Part shown: positions 50,074 through 62,399 of the stretch, piece by piece
Numbering within the stretch: position 1 is the stretch's first letter
How the letters are laid out: each line of letters begins with the position of its first letter
Assembly (NCBI GenBank): GCA_050273025.1
Contig: CP158635.1
Location: forward strand, 16,182,001-16,246,000
Direction: 5' to 3'
DNA length: 64,000 nt
Source of the DNA: Cenococcum geophilum
Lineage: Eukaryota
The notes under the pieces: generated by a model
Told to the model about the DNA's origin: nothing
What the model saw: only the letters and a program-made list of their open reading frames with translations
Databases searched by the model: none
Made by a program: the position numbers and the translations under genes

Positions 50074-52191
50074 ATGTGAGAAGCCAACACATCCCAACGA
50101 CGCGATACTGCGGATGAAACTTCTCCCTTGTTCCCTCAGTCCAACACCATTGCTACGTGGCAACTCCGCGTCATCGAAGCCATGGATCCTCATCGTTGCC
50201 CTGCTCGCGTCTGTTATCCCTTAACCCACTGGCGTCCACGAAGTAAGTGGTCCGTGCGGAACACTAGAATCCAAACACGCGTACAGTCGATTGCGTTGAT
50301 CTAATTGGCTGGTTCCTATGGATAATGCATGGGAAGTTCAGCGGGTTAAGGGATAGCTACTACCGATATAGGTGCGCTCCTAGCTCAGCCACCCGGGACG
50401 CATATACGAATCTGTCGTATGTCTTGATTACTACAAGCGAGCGGACCCGAGCAAGATACAGAACAATGGGCGGTTCTGGAAGAGCTGTGTAAGGTCAATA
50501 CCGTCCAAGATACGGCGACAATACTGTTCAGGTGGCAGGACCTTTGGGATTCTGTTCCAGGAATCTTTCTTGTAGTCCCGTACGGTGCACTGGCCGATAA
50601 GAAGATGGATTCTTACTCTTGGACTTGCTGGCGCTAAGTGTACGATGCTATGGATCATATTCGTCTGTATGGTGTCCAGCATTGAAATTTCGAGTTCCTC
50701 GACCAATCTCTAACGGGAAAGCGCAGGCCACTTCCAACTGCCACTCAAGCTGACTTGGTTCTCTTCGGTATTTATAGTTATCTGTGGGGGCCCTACAGTA
50801 GCGGTTGCAGTTGTTTTCACGATGGTGTCCGATGTCGTTCCCACGGAAAACCGGTGGGGGTGTACTTTTCCGTTCAGATTTTCCACTGACTCTGGCGTAG
50901 AACAACTGTTTTTCCTTTATGTTACGGCAAGCGTGTTGGTAGCGGAACTAATCGCACCGGCGCTCAGTTCCATTCCTATGACAAACGGATTGTGGTCGCC
51001 GATTATACTGGGCGCTGTCATTGAAGGATTTTCTATTGTAATCGCTCTGTTCATCCCGGAGACTCTTCATTTGCGCAATGCAAAACCTCTGGAACCTTCC
51101 GAGATGAAAGAACAGCGCTCGATGGACATGGCTTCCCAGTGCTCGTCGAAGCAAGAAGGATATGGCTTTAAGGCTCAGATGCAGAGACTTCGAGACATGA
51201 TGCAATTTTTGAAGCGCGGCATAAACCCTACCTTGGTCGTATTTACATTCCTGGTAAATCGGTTGGGAAGGCAACCTACCTACCTACTACTCCGATATTC
51301 ATGGAAGAGGTGCCATTGGACTATGTAAAAGGCCAGTGTTGCTTTTGATACGATTAATTTTATTTTCTCACATTTCCTTATATAACATAGGCCACTTTGC
51401 TGCTTTTATTTCAGCTGGCTTGAATCTGGTCACACTACCAGTTTTACTGTTATAAGCATGATCATGCTCCGATGGCTTTCGGTCTCCCCGCAGAGAACAG
51501 ATATGTTGGCTGCATGTGGCAGTGTTATTTTTACAGTTTTGGGTTTTCCATCATTGGGTTTTCAGTATTGTTGGTGGGAGGTAAGAGCTTGCCGTCCCAT
51601 CAATGCAACCTTCCACTTTCCTAATTCCATATAGGACTAGTTCTGTACACATTTGGCACTAGATTTGCGGCAGCTATGTGCAGCGTTGCAATTTCCATGA
51701 TTGGCGGACAAACCAGCCGTGATATTGCTCGACTTTTTGCCACGATCGCCATTATGGAAGCCTTGGGAGTGTTGCTCTCTTGACCTCTTCTCTCACTCGC
51801 ATTCCGCTGGGGGATGAAACTCGGAGATGCGTGGCTAGGAGTACCGTTCCTTTTATGTGGGATACTGTTTGCTCTTATCATGATCATCACTTTCACTGTC
51901 TCTCTACGTGACCTAAGCATCCTACAAACGGAGGACGACGAAGTCATTGCATCCGCAGATGTAACTCAACCAATGCTCTTGGTTACAGAGGAGCCCCTCG
52001 TTCCCGGACATTTCCCCCTGAGATCTTGGAAGGCCAGCGGCTTCCCAACTCGAACATCACGGGCTTTTCTGATGAACGCAGTGCGGCGAGATAATATAGC
52101 GACTGCCTCCAGCGCGCTACTCTCACTAGAAACTTCGGGCAAGATTAGCAATACTTCATGCGCGACTACTCAACCAGAAGTTACTCCATAA
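50074..52191 (+). pseudogene. MFS efflux-type transporter pseudogene
   Basis: ATG immediately followed by TGA; ESVVCLDYYK..ELCKVNTVQ, PGIFLVVPYGALAD, FTMVSDVVP, ELIAPALS, FIPETL, WLGVPFL. Frameshifts, in-frame stops (e.g. TGA at 51781) and a MITE in exon 1. Confidence 0.85.
50215..50355 (+). mobile_element. MITE family A, copy 2, inserted in the MFS pseudogene exon
   Basis: TATCCCTTAACCC...GGGTTAAGGGATA perfect termini; internal GATCTAATTGGCTGG. Confidence 0.9.
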
Positions 52192-52400
52192 CTCCCAGGT
52201 GCTCCCGTATGATCCCGAAATGCTCCGAAGCATGAGACCATTACACGTGAGTTGTCCCGTCTCACTTACGAGAACTTCTGCATGCAAAAATGAACGAGGT
52301 ATCTCTACTAAAAAAAGAGATACGAACGGATATACATTTACCTCTCACATCATAAACCCAGGGTCCGTCCCGGCCAGTCAGGATGGTTCGCCAAGATACT

Positions 52401-53500
52401 TCACAAATTCTTCATTAGCTCCGATGCGAATTCCGGACAATCCATAACCATTTCCTTCAGTCCATCCATTTGCTTTAGGTCCCTGAACCTTCTCTTAGCC
52501 GACTTGAGCAAACTGTCCTTCAATTCCCGAATAGTGTCGCAACTCCCTTGCTGCCGTTCTATCTCATGGATGCAAGGCAACATCTCAGCCTTCCATGTTT
52601 CAGACCGCAATCGCTTTTCGAATTTTTCCTTGGCGACTTCGAGAAGAGGCGGAATTCCGAAGCGATGGCCTGCGAGGCACATTTTGGCGTGCAAGACGAG
52701 CTCATTAGGTTGACTACCTGGGTCGGCGTGCACAGTGTGTGTTGAGGTATTGTCGGGCGATGATGAGCTCGCGGCCGGCGTTGGCAACGGTGATCCTTCC
52801 CTGCTCGTTGCTGGACGTGATTCGTTTTCTGATTCAGCGGGCGTGGGCGAAGATATGCTTCCCTGACATCCATCTTCTGGAGGTGGCGGCGCATGGCCCT
52901 CAGCACCAGAGTCGTGAGAGAAAAGACTACTCCGGTCGTGGGGGAGGCCGAACGAGAGCTGGGGCCCGCTATCGGCGTAGTCGAGTGTGTAGAGGAATGT
53001 AAGTACGGCGGCGATGACGTCAGGTTCCTCGTCTGAATCGAGCCATATTTTCATGGGAGAGGCTGGAGAGCTCTGGCGATATCATTAGCGAGTCTGGCCG
53101 TTGTGCCTTCTACTTATGGATGGTTGGCCTAGAGATGAGAGGGAGGCGGAGCCGTTGGTGAGATTTACATAGTCAAGATATTGAAGGGCTGGTTCACATT
53201 TATCCTCGAACCAGGTCGAGCGCGGACACACAATGGCGCGATGAACTGGGTAGCGGTCGCTGCCGCAAATAACAAGAAGATCTGAGTATTTGTTCTTTTC
53301 GATCAGGCTGCGAAGTGTTAGGCGTAGTTGAGAACAGGAAGCGGCGAGACAGACCTCACTACACCGTCATAATGAGCCCTATGCGATGAATTTAATTTGA
53401 TGCTGGTTGCATTGTCTGGATGTCCGTAGGGTTTGATGGATTTTGTGTGACCGTCTTCTGCGGGTTTGCTCTCATCGGGCTTGCTCCCAGCCGATCCCAT
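52401..53500 (-). CDS. BTB/POZ-domain protein, 3 exons
   Basis: MGSAGSK exon 1; exon 2 (~53171-53307) KYSDLLVICGSDRYPVHRAIVCPRSTWF; exon 3 DEEPDVIAAVLTFLYTLDY...LHAKMCLAGHRFGIPPLLEVAKEKF...CPEFASEL. Confidence 0.9.
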
Positions 53501-53812
53501 GGCCGTGCGTTTGAGTAGCTAAAGTCGTGTACAACTACTGTGAGCTACTACAGAAGGATTAATTGTGATTGGAATAATGCTGAATTCACGTCAATCCGGA
53601 CAATATATAGTCCTGAGAGGTTGTTGCCTGTTTCTATGCGATGACCCCTCGTGCGCCGCCATGGAAGGCCGAGGAAAGGCCGAGGAAAGGCTGAAGTCTC
53701 AAGAAAGGGAAGTCGACCTTCGTCCTCGAGTCTGAAGCTCGTCTAACCTTTCATACCGCAAAGCAGCGGGAAGAGTGACCTCTAGATATTGTAATGCTTA
53801 CTTCGACCCCAT

Positions 53813-53957
53813 TATCCCTTGATCCGTCATGGCCGAATTGAGGAAGATCCGTGCACGAACATCAGAATCAAAACAACGGGTGGGGTCTTGATCTTATTGA
53901 TCTAATTGGCTAGCCCTTATCGATAACCGTTCGACCAGTTTTAACGGGTTAAGGATA
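53813..53957 (+). mobile_element. MITE family A, copy 3
   Basis: TATCCCTTGATCCGT...ACGGGTTAAGGATA; internal GATCTAATTGGCTAGCCCTTATCGATAA. Confidence 0.85.
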
Positions 53958-54431
53958 ATTCATCCCCAGATGTCACGCACGTGTCCCTTTCTTTGATTGG
54001 CAGCCACGAGTGCAGATCCGCAGCGTGCACCTGAAGCTAAACGCGGCGCGACAGAAACGTCCAAGGCATTGCGCGTCGTGTCTCGGAGATATGTAACTCA
54101 ACTTCTCACCATCACACTGCCGCATTTGATGCGCTCTTGCCTGCAGAGAGTTGCAGACAATGAGAGGCAATGACAGCAAGCATGACCTTCAATTGCGCTA
54201 AGGTAGTCACGATTCGGCCTTGTTTGTTTGTTTCTGTTCTTCCAGTCGTCCGATTTTCCTATGATGAGCTTTTCTTCTTTTCAAACTTCATCCCCACCGG
54301 CACCGTGTCTTGGCGTATTGTTGTCCAAGCCTTGATCAGCCTTGATCAGCCTTGACTATACGGCATCTTCCCCGAACTGCTAGTTGCAGCAATACTCGTA
54401 TCTCCTCCAAATTGCCTGATTGTAGCTTTCG

Positions 54432-57400
54432 ATGCCCGCCTGTGCTTCCAGCAATGCCAGAACCCGCCTTAGTCGGTCAAAATCGACCCCGACGGTTCAC
54501 CAACGAGCCGTAGGGGTCACCCCAGAGCTAATGGATCCAGACGTGGCCCAAAAACATGCCTTAGTTGCAGCTACAACAGCCTACGCGAGGGCTCATGCAA
54601 CGGACATAGCCGAGAGGTCAAAGAGCCGCGATTCTGGCATGCGGATGTCGAAAAGCAATGCAAGTAGGAAGCCTGAGGGCCGCCATTTTCCGCCCCGGGA
54701 ATCCAGTCTCCGCTTCTCTCAGTCCGAAAAAGGCGGGTACATGTCTAGCGTTCCTCACCATCAGCGTAGCACAGCTAGTAAAAACGTCCCGCTAGTTCAT
54801 AGAGCAGGACTGGGGGAGACGGTGATCTCTCCGCCTTCATTGGCTGGCAGTGAGAACACTCGACCTGGAACGCAGGCCCGCAATCAGTGGAATGTCATAT
54901 CTTCCCCAACTGCAACCGATCATATCCGCAAGGTGCGGTCGATGTATTACGCAAGCAGCGTTCAAGCTGGTTCACCAATCGGCCAACCACCAGCGAAATA
55001 CCTTACGGCACCTCGCACCGCAAATCCTGTGCCTGAACGCTGCAGGTCCTTGCTTTCTGACCTTGGCGTGGTAAGCATACCGGCAGCGACAGCACACCCC
55101 CCTGCAACAATATCTGGCAATGAGTCCCTCGACAAGGCCCGTGACAGATGCCTCCAGGACTTTCAGAACCGGAAACTTCGCGAGAGACCCTCTTTCATTA
55201 TGGCTCCGTTCAAGAAACGGCATAAAAAGGCCACGAAAAAACTCACAAAGCCACAGGTCGGAAAGGTGACATACGATAATAATATGCCGTCGAGTGGCAT
55301 CGATGAGGATGTGAAGAAGCCGTTAAGTGGGCTAGAGAAACCGAAAAGGTCAATTTCCAACTCACTTAGAAACAAGATCAAACGCGTCTTCCACAGGCCG
55401 TCGAATGCTTCCACCACACTTCCAGTCCAGCATGTTGAGGCTAGCAGAGAGTATTTCGGCAATCACGGCTCGCGCTCCCTAGTCGTTCCTTCAAGCTTCG
55501 AGAATATCCCTGGCCACGATAAAGAAACGCTGTCGCGTGCCCGATCACGGGCTTCTTCTCTTGAAATACCACCCTCATTAGCCTGTGCGAAATCGGGGGA
55601 AAGTAGCACTGCTGCTAGAAGCGAAGTTGATGCTAGTGAGCCAGGATCTCGAGTGACGAGTTGGACAAACTCATCTGCCGGGAACACAGTCACGACCAGA
55701 GACACCAAGCGGCTATCTGTTATTCATGAAGCCAATCCTAGCATAACCAGCGCTGCGAGTGTCGCATTAGCTTCATCAAATTATCAGTCACCTCCTGTCC
55801 CTAGATTAATGGCTTTCCGAAATCCTATGTCTATAGAAGGCGTTGTGGAGGAAGCTCCTGCGACTATCGATCCTCAAAGAGTCTTTTCCGCTTTGATGAA
55901 GGAGATAAATGGTGTCAACCCGGAGATAGAGGATGATACAGATGAGGGGACCGAAAATGATGTTTTCGTCTCTAGCAGGGGCACTCACAGCCAAACAGCC
56001 TCTACATTAACTATGCAGAGCCGGATGAACTCGACTACGTCCGGCCTCAATCGTGCTACCAAAGCTACCATCAAGAATGTCACCCCAGATCAGCCAAAGA
56101 CTCCGGTTAGGACAACCAGCGTTCGTGGAGCTGTGCGCATCCCAAGGGCAGATCCGTCATATAGTTCCACGAATGAGGAGTCTGGTTCTCAGGGCAGCGG
56201 CAAGTCTGGCAGTCAAATCACCGTTCGGCGGAAGAGGAGTGGCAGTTCTCAGCCTCGCAATCGTCCCCAACAAATTCCAAAGGCTACACCACCTACTGCC
56301 GAACAAATTTCCAGCCGGGTTGAGAGGTCAAAAGGCAGATGGAAGACTCCGCTTGAGGAAGACAGCTTCCCTTTCTTCCCAAAATCCACGAAGCGCGCTT
56401 ATACCGTGACAAAGCTAGCAAGAAGCATTTCACGGAAGCCATCAGTTAAGAGGTCACCATCTTTCAAGCAATCTGGTTCAAGAGCACAGACGCCTGCCCT
56501 CCAGAAGGGATCTAAAAATGGCCCTTGGCTACTTCCAGGAGGCGTCACGTCTCCCCTCTCACCGAGCGTCTATTCGCAAGCTAGTGATGAACAGTCAGTC
56601 AAACCGAATGATAGTGCCGTCTCTCTTGTCGAATCTGAGACCGGTGAGACTGGCACTGCTGTTATCATTACTAGCCACCCAGTCAAAAGCTATGTCATTG
56701 GTGCACCCTACTCAAAACCTCGAATTGTCAACCATTCTGCTCGATCTAGTAAGGACTGGAAAGACTGGCTATCTCGAGAGGTTTCCGAACTCGAGCACCC
56801 TCAGCAAGAAGATTTGGCAATCAACGGCCGATATGCAAATACCGGTTATCACCGCAAACCAGTCCAGATTGTAGAAAGCGAAGATGTCACCATTGGCGGG
56901 TCCGAAAGCGGCATTAGGAAAGCCTCTGGCCTTCTTGCAAGATACCATCGCCCGAAACTTGTCGAAAACCCTCCAAGCCGGGCTAAAAATCATTCGTCGA
57001 GTAGACCGAAGTTAGAGCGTCGATCATCAAGTAGAATGAACGACCGCTTCCCTATGATTGATACAGGACGAAAATTCAGCAATCAAAGCAACAGCCCCAA
57101 AACGTTGCGAATTCGCAGGACACCAGAAACTGACACGCCTCCAACGAGATTCTCGCCGAGCCCAAAGCTGAAAGTATATTCAGATTACACCTCACCACTC
57201 CCTGAGAAACCCACACGCTCTGAACAAACTCCCACACCAAGCGAGGTAGATAAAGGAAAAGAGAAGAAAGACAACAAAAAGGAAAATATTCAGACCTCCA
57301 CATCAACCAAATCCCTCTGCATCGCTCCCCAGCGCCTGACCCATCCCCAGACCTCCCAGGCCCTAGATTTCTCCATCTGGGCTCGCAGTAATTCCGGTCT

Positions 57401-58019
57401 CGCCCACTACACTACCTCCACTGCTGACCCGCACATCCGCCCCTCTGAATCCCCAGCCACGCCGCCCCGCCCCAGCCTGCGCGCTTCTAACAGCTCCTCC
57501 AGCAAAATCGCCAGCAGACCCAAATCCGCGATCGACCTCCGCAGCCCTAATGCTCATGGTCTTCCCGCTTCTTCTGCGACCGTGGGAGGAGTTGAGAAGA
57601 GGAGGAGTGGCCCCGCCGGCCATCCAATAACTCACGTCCGCCGCAAACCCATCACTGGCCGTGCGCTCGAAGGCGACACACTCCAGATGATTCTTGCCGG
57701 GCCTTACTCCGCCACTGCTGTTACTGCGGCGTGCCCCAGCCCACCGTCTCGCTCCCCACCCGCTCCATACGCGCTGCGTAAGGTTGCACTAGGCACTAGC
57801 TCGAGCGATCTGGCTCTCGACAAGGAACCAGACCCCGGCTTCGAGGCGGGTTGGGGCATTGAGAGTGCGCTTGGGGAGCCTGTTGCTACTTTGAGAAGTG
57901 TTGAGAGTGCGGCAGGACCGGTCACCCCGACGACAGGGCAGAGGATGGCGGAAAGGTTTTTAAGGGAGAGGAGTGCGGAGAGTGAAACTCCTGTCAGATT
58001 GACGCCGGCTTTTCTGTAG
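54432..58019 (+). CDS. 1195-aa Ser/Pro/Arg-rich, probably disordered hypothetical protein
   Basis: Uninterrupted 3.6-kb ORF with short motif-like islands (LPVQHVEASREYFG, SRVTSWTNS, IDPQRVFSALMK, SKDWKDWLS, SRMNDRFP). No domain recognised. Confidence 0.88.
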   Translation: MPACASSNARTRLSRSKSTPTVHQRAVGVTPELMDPDVAQKHALVAATTAYARAHATDIAERSKSRDSGMRMSKSNASRKPEGRHFPPRESSLRFSQSEKGGYMSSVPHHQRSTASKNVPLVHRAGLGETVISPPSLAGSENTRPGTQARNQWNVISSPTATDHIRKVRSMYYASSVQAGSPIGQPPAKYLTAPRTANPVPERCRSLLSDLGVVSIPAATAHPPATISGNESLDKARDRCLQDFQNRKLRERPSFIMAPFKKRHKKATKKLTKPQVGKVTYDNNMPSSGIDEDVKKPLSGLEKPKRSISNSLRNKIKRVFHRPSNASTTLPVQHVEASREYFGNHGSRSLVVPSSFENIPGHDKETLSRARSRASSLEIPPSLACAKSGESSTAARSEVDASEPGSRVTSWTNSSAGNTVTTRDTKRLSVIHEANPSITSAASVALASSNYQSPPVPRLMAFRNPMSIEGVVEEAPATIDPQRVFSALMKEINGVNPEIEDDTDEGTENDVFVSSRGTHSQTASTLTMQSRMNSTTSGLNRATKATIKNVTPDQPKTPVRTTSVRGAVRIPRADPSYSSTNEESGSQGSGKSGSQITVRRKRSGSSQPRNRPQQIPKATPPTAEQISSRVERSKGRWKTPLEEDSFPFFPKSTKRAYTVTKLARSISRKPSVKRSPSFKQSGSRAQTPALQKGSKNGPWLLPGGVTSPLSPSVYSQASDEQSVKPNDSAVSLVESETGETGTAVIITSHPVKSYVIGAPYSKPRIVNHSARSSKDWKDWLSREVSELEHPQQEDLAINGRYANTGYHRKPVQIVESEDVTIGGSESGIRKASGLLARYHRPKLVENPPSRAKNHSSSRPKLERRSSSRMNDRFPMIDTGRKFSNQSNSPKTLRIRRTPETDTPPTRFSPSPKLKVYSDYTSPLPEKPTRSEQTPTPSEVDKGKEKKDNKKENIQTSTSTKSLCIAPQRLTHPQTSQALDFSIWARSNSGLAHYTTSTADPHIRPSESPATPPRPSLRASNSSSSKIASRPKSAIDLRSPNAHGLPASSATVGGVEKRRSGPAGHPITHVRRKPITGRALEGDTLQMILAGPYSATAVTAACPSPPSRSPPAPYALRKVALGTSSSDLALDKEPDPGFEAGWGIESALGEPVATLRSVESAAGPVTPTTGQRMAERFLRERSAESETPVRLTPAFL

Positions 58020-58689
58020 TGGGTTTTGGATTGGCAACGGGTTAACATCAAGGTTTGCGAATGTGGCTTATTATCACTGCATCGATTACAAGGCGGGCTG
58101 GGATATGGTCTTATTGTGTATTCTTGGCTGGTTGGAAAATGGTGGATTTGGGATTGTCTGGCTGAGTCTGGGCTTTGGGTCTACGTCCGTTTGAAGCTGA
58201 ACGGATGATGCTGGTACGATAGGTCTGGGCTGTCTTTCATTGAGTATGAATTGATGAGATATGTCTATACTGTATATAATGACCGTCCCACTTGATGGAA
58301 TGTTTAACTGGCATTTTAGCTGGCTGCATGGACGTTAGGTTCAAAATTAAAAACATTAGGAATTACATTTTAAGAAATAGCTAGGGTATTTCTCGATGCG
58401 GGCGAACCTCAGAAGGGCATATCATAATAAGATCATTCTAATTTCTCTTCACGTATTAATCTCTTCGGTAGTCTTCCTATGTCCTCGCACATTGAAGTCA
58501 TACTATCCCACGCAAGGAAGAAAGGCATGTTGTGAAGAGCGACAATGGGGAGCCGCCTTAGCCCGTATGTCTTCCAGTTCCCCCACCTGCTGTTATCTTC
58601 AACTGGAAAATCCAATACTCTCCGGGCTCCAGTCCCGAAACGCATCCAGTAATACCCCATTATTAAACGTAAGTCAGCCTTGAATTTCA

Positions 58690-60050
58690 GTGAATAGACC
58701 AGTTAGAATTATCCACGTAATAATTCAAATAGATAGGGGGATATTCGGCGATGTCACGATAACCCAACCAATCAAACCCGATGAGCCAAAACATTCTCAG
58801 AACAAGCCGAACCGATGGTATCCGATGCACTCGAAGACACCAGTCGTGGTAGTACGGCTTTGCTAATATCACAATATTTCTTTCCTTGTTGGAAATCGAA
58901 ACATCCGGGAGAGGATACTCATAGATAAGAGAGATGAGGTGAATTGAATTCAGGGCTTGCACTTCAGTGTCGAAAGTGCCCCAGCCTAGCCTATCCCCGG
59001 AGTCATCGAAGATCACACATGTTGGCCTGCAAGCCTACCGATAACGCGGTGGGACCTAGAGATTTATCGTGGAGAAACTCCCTATCTTCGCTGCTCAGCC
59101 AATAGGAGTTGCCCTCATGGTCCATGTACCCTAAGGGACAGCTGAAGCTGTCGTCCCAGTTGGGGACTGCACATTTGACCTCTGCTGCGGGTTTCATTCT
59201 CACTGTTGTGGATAGCTTGACGGCATGACGGTGATTGGGCCGCACGTTCGTTCCAGGAGATGGGAGTAGATGGAATACTTCACCCACGGTGGATGCCCAC
59301 GACCAGGATACCGCCCCCGCTGAGACAGCAGCTATCGTCGCGCATTTTCTGGTGCTCTCTTGCCAAGCCCTCGAGCGCAGTTAGCCGGTCCGTATCATAT
59401 GTGAGATAGCGCTTGGAGAATTGCTCGATTATCGAGTCCCATCATGTTTCTCGAGCGGCACTGAAAACGGGATCGCTTGGGCCTGTTTCGTCCGATTCAA
59501 CGGTTTTGCATGCCCAATAGATTGTGCTCTTCAAAATGTGTATCATCCTGGGTGAGAGCAACCATTCTTGAGTCGTCCAGCCTCGCGTGTTTGGGGTAGT
59601 GGTGTCCAGGATTAAGTCCAGAGAATTTAGATCTTCCCCATCTATGCCCTAGCTTAATTTTAGTGAGATAAAGGAACCGCTGGAATCCTCGCAGCTTTGG
59701 GTTGTAAATGTTATTTCTATTAGAGCGGGAAGTGAGGGATGATCAAAATATAGCCTTTGAGTGGAATGCTCAGCGTCTAAAGCCGCGACTGTCACTGCTG
59801 GTATGTGGTTCCCATTACAGTAGACTCCCGTAGCTAGTCATCGTTATCATCTTGGATGATACAAAGCGAATCTATCCAGAGATACCGGATATTAACTGTA
59901 CAGGTGACAAGTATTGCATCACGAAAGCTCCTAGATAGCAGTGATCTATTGGACCGGAGCTGATTTGGCGCGTTTAGCTGGAGCCAATTTTCATGGCGGT
60001 GGATCCGGTGATTTGATTGGTAGATTTTGAGGCTCTGGAGCTCTTAGTCG
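58690..60050 (-). pseudogene. HET-domain (heterokaryon incompatibility) protein pseudogene
   Basis: RSFRDAILVT..IRYLWIDSLCIIQDDNDD*LRESTVMGTTY, TRGWTTQEWLLSPRMIH, WDSIIEQFSKRYLTYDTDRLTALEGLA, SWSWAS. A stop, deletions and frameshifts; the 5' limit is uncertain. Confidence 0.9.
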
Positions 60051-60287
60051 CGGACGATTTCTACATATGTCAGCATCTTCTTAAGGCGCTGACTAATGCC
60101 GGAAGAGGCGTTTCAAAACGCCGGGCTGCGCGCCGACCCTGAGGCGTGCTTCGTTAAAACTCGTACTGCATATGCGCAGCACGTTCATCGCTGGCTGTGC
60201 GGTTCTCTGATGATAACTTCAGTTTTCTGGGGTGGTCTGACGACTCTCTGCCCTTGAGGCGGTTTTCATTGCACAGTTTCTTTATTG

Positions 60288-60391
60288 TATCCCTTAACCC
60301 GCTGGCGTCCACGGCGTACGGTCGATTGCGTTGATCTAATTGGCTGGTTCTTATCGATAACGCGTGGACGAATTTCAGCGGGCTAAGGATA
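60288..60391 (+). mobile_element. MITE family A, copy 4 (internally deleted)
   Basis: TATCCCTTAACCCGCTG...CAGCGGGCTAAGGATA; most similar to copy 2. Confidence 0.88.
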
Positions 60392-60568
60392 GTGTTTCAT
60401 AAAAATCAGACGTGCAAATATTCCGTCCCGCCTTGATTGTTAATTCATCGGCCCCTTGATATAGCATCCGGCTACGACATGTACCGGTTCCGTGTTCTGG
60501 TATTTTTCTGCCTCACAGCATTCGTCATGGGCCTCATACTGCAAAAGGAATTTGCACTGCTGTCAATC

Positions 60569-61461
60569 ATGTCTACTAATCTACTGAAAAACTCCTTACA
60601 AATCGTCGAAAGACTCCCGCTTCAGTTCCGTCTAGGAAGCCAATACAAAAGCAATGGCCTTGCTTCTGCTGGAGCAATTAGCTCTACAATTCATTCACCT
60701 ACTCCTCGCATATCCAATCCCCTCTTCCCTCCGTCTACTCGTAACTTTTCGTCTACCAAAACAGCCATGACATCCTCTAAAAGTTTCTTCAATGCAGTGA
60801 AAGACCGCCGCTCGATTTATGCGCTTAACAAAGAATCTCCAGTCTCAGACGAGGCGATTGAGGAACTTGTTAAGCAGACCATCCTCCATGCTCCCAGCTT
60901 CTTTAATACCCAGAGTGCCCGCTTGGTAGTTCTTCTGAAGAAAGAGCATGACGTTTTCTGGGATATGGTGAAGGAGGTGCTGAAGCCCGTGGTTCCTGAG
61001 GACCAATTTGCCGCAACCGAGCAAAGACTAAGTATGTTCCGCGGTGGCTATGGCACGGTAAGTCTCTATCAAACCCTTTTCCTTCCACTTTACCGCCGCC
61101 GCACAATTTGAAGCAGTCAAGCTTATGCCTTCCAAATATCCAGATCCTCTTCTTTGAAGACCCGGCTCCAGTCAACGATCTCATGGCAAAGTATCCTATC
61201 TACGCAGACAACATGCCGGCCTGGTCTCAACATGGCTCTGCGATGCACCAATATGTCCTCTGGGCTGGTCTCGAGGCTGAAGGCTTTGGCGCCAACCTTC
61301 AGCATTACAACCCGGTCATTGATCAAAAGGCACAGAACCATTGGAACATCCCGCTGGAGTGGAGCTTGAAGGCCCAACTAGTCTTCGGTGGCAAAGCGGG
61401 TGAGCCGAACGAGAAGACATACAAGCCGGTGGAAGAGAGAATGTTTGTCTATGGGAAATAA
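60569..61461 (+). CDS. Nitroreductase-family protein (Hbn1/Frm2-like)
   Basis: RRSIYAL, HAPSFFNTQSAR, GYGT-ILFFED across intron 61058-61143, GFGANLQHYNP, WSLKAQLVFG. Alternative start at 60767. Confidence 0.93.
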
Positions 61462-62399
61462 GGGATGCTCCAATGGGTGTTGGATGTATTGCCATAGAGC
61501 TTTTGGATCATCCAGCGTTGGCGTTTTAGAGGCATGTGGTATAGGCATAGAATACGAACATTGGGCTGCTTTCTAGCTTGTAGCACAATAGAGGAAAGAT
61601 ACAGTCTGCATTGTTGAATATGAGTTGATATTTCACTTAATTTACTATACTAAGAGCAGGAAGTGAGACCTAACGTACAGAACGAGGATGAAGATAGAGA
61701 GACAGAGTTTACTGCATCGCATATCCATATGTGCACCTGTTATGCAATGGATTCGTATTTTATGAACTTGGAAGCAGCGATCTTGTTGGATTGGCGGCAA
61801 TATGGCGTGGATGGCTGGATCTAGTTTGCTTTGGGGTGGATCCACTGATTTAATCGGTGGCGCGAAGTGGATCTTAAAGCTTTGGAGCTCCTGGAGCGCC
61901 AGTTTTATACCCAATTAGGAGAGGGGGGCTGGGAAGGAAGGATTAATAAGGTATTAAAGCATGGTGTTAAGCCAACCAGTAGAGCTCTACGATGACTCGG
62001 AGTTTAAAAATAGGAGTGTTTTCCATACAATCTAGGAAGCCCGCCCACCTTACTTTCCTTTCCGTATCCTTCCTCCATAACACAATCGCGCTATAGCTCT
62101 ACACCACCCTGGCGCATCCGGTTGAAAGCGCGTGTTGATCACGCTAATCAAAATGCGTAAATTTATACCTAAACAAAGGTAAAAACATGTTGAAGGCCGT
62201 GCGTATTACTTCCGACCGGAGATGACCCATGACTGTAGCTAGGGTGCCTATAGCATGCTAGCCCAGGCGGGAGCGCCCAAAGCGCCCAATACGTAAAGCC
62301 CGTTCTGCCACACAAAGGGATAGGGAAAATTATAAAAAGTGTTGCATTTCTTAATAAATGTTGGAAAACTGCCTCAGACGTGGTTAGCTTGCTGATCGA

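Noticed and set aside
59834..59836. A-to-I-editable premature TAG rescuing the HET gene
   Set aside because: Additional deletions and frameshifts would still break the frame.
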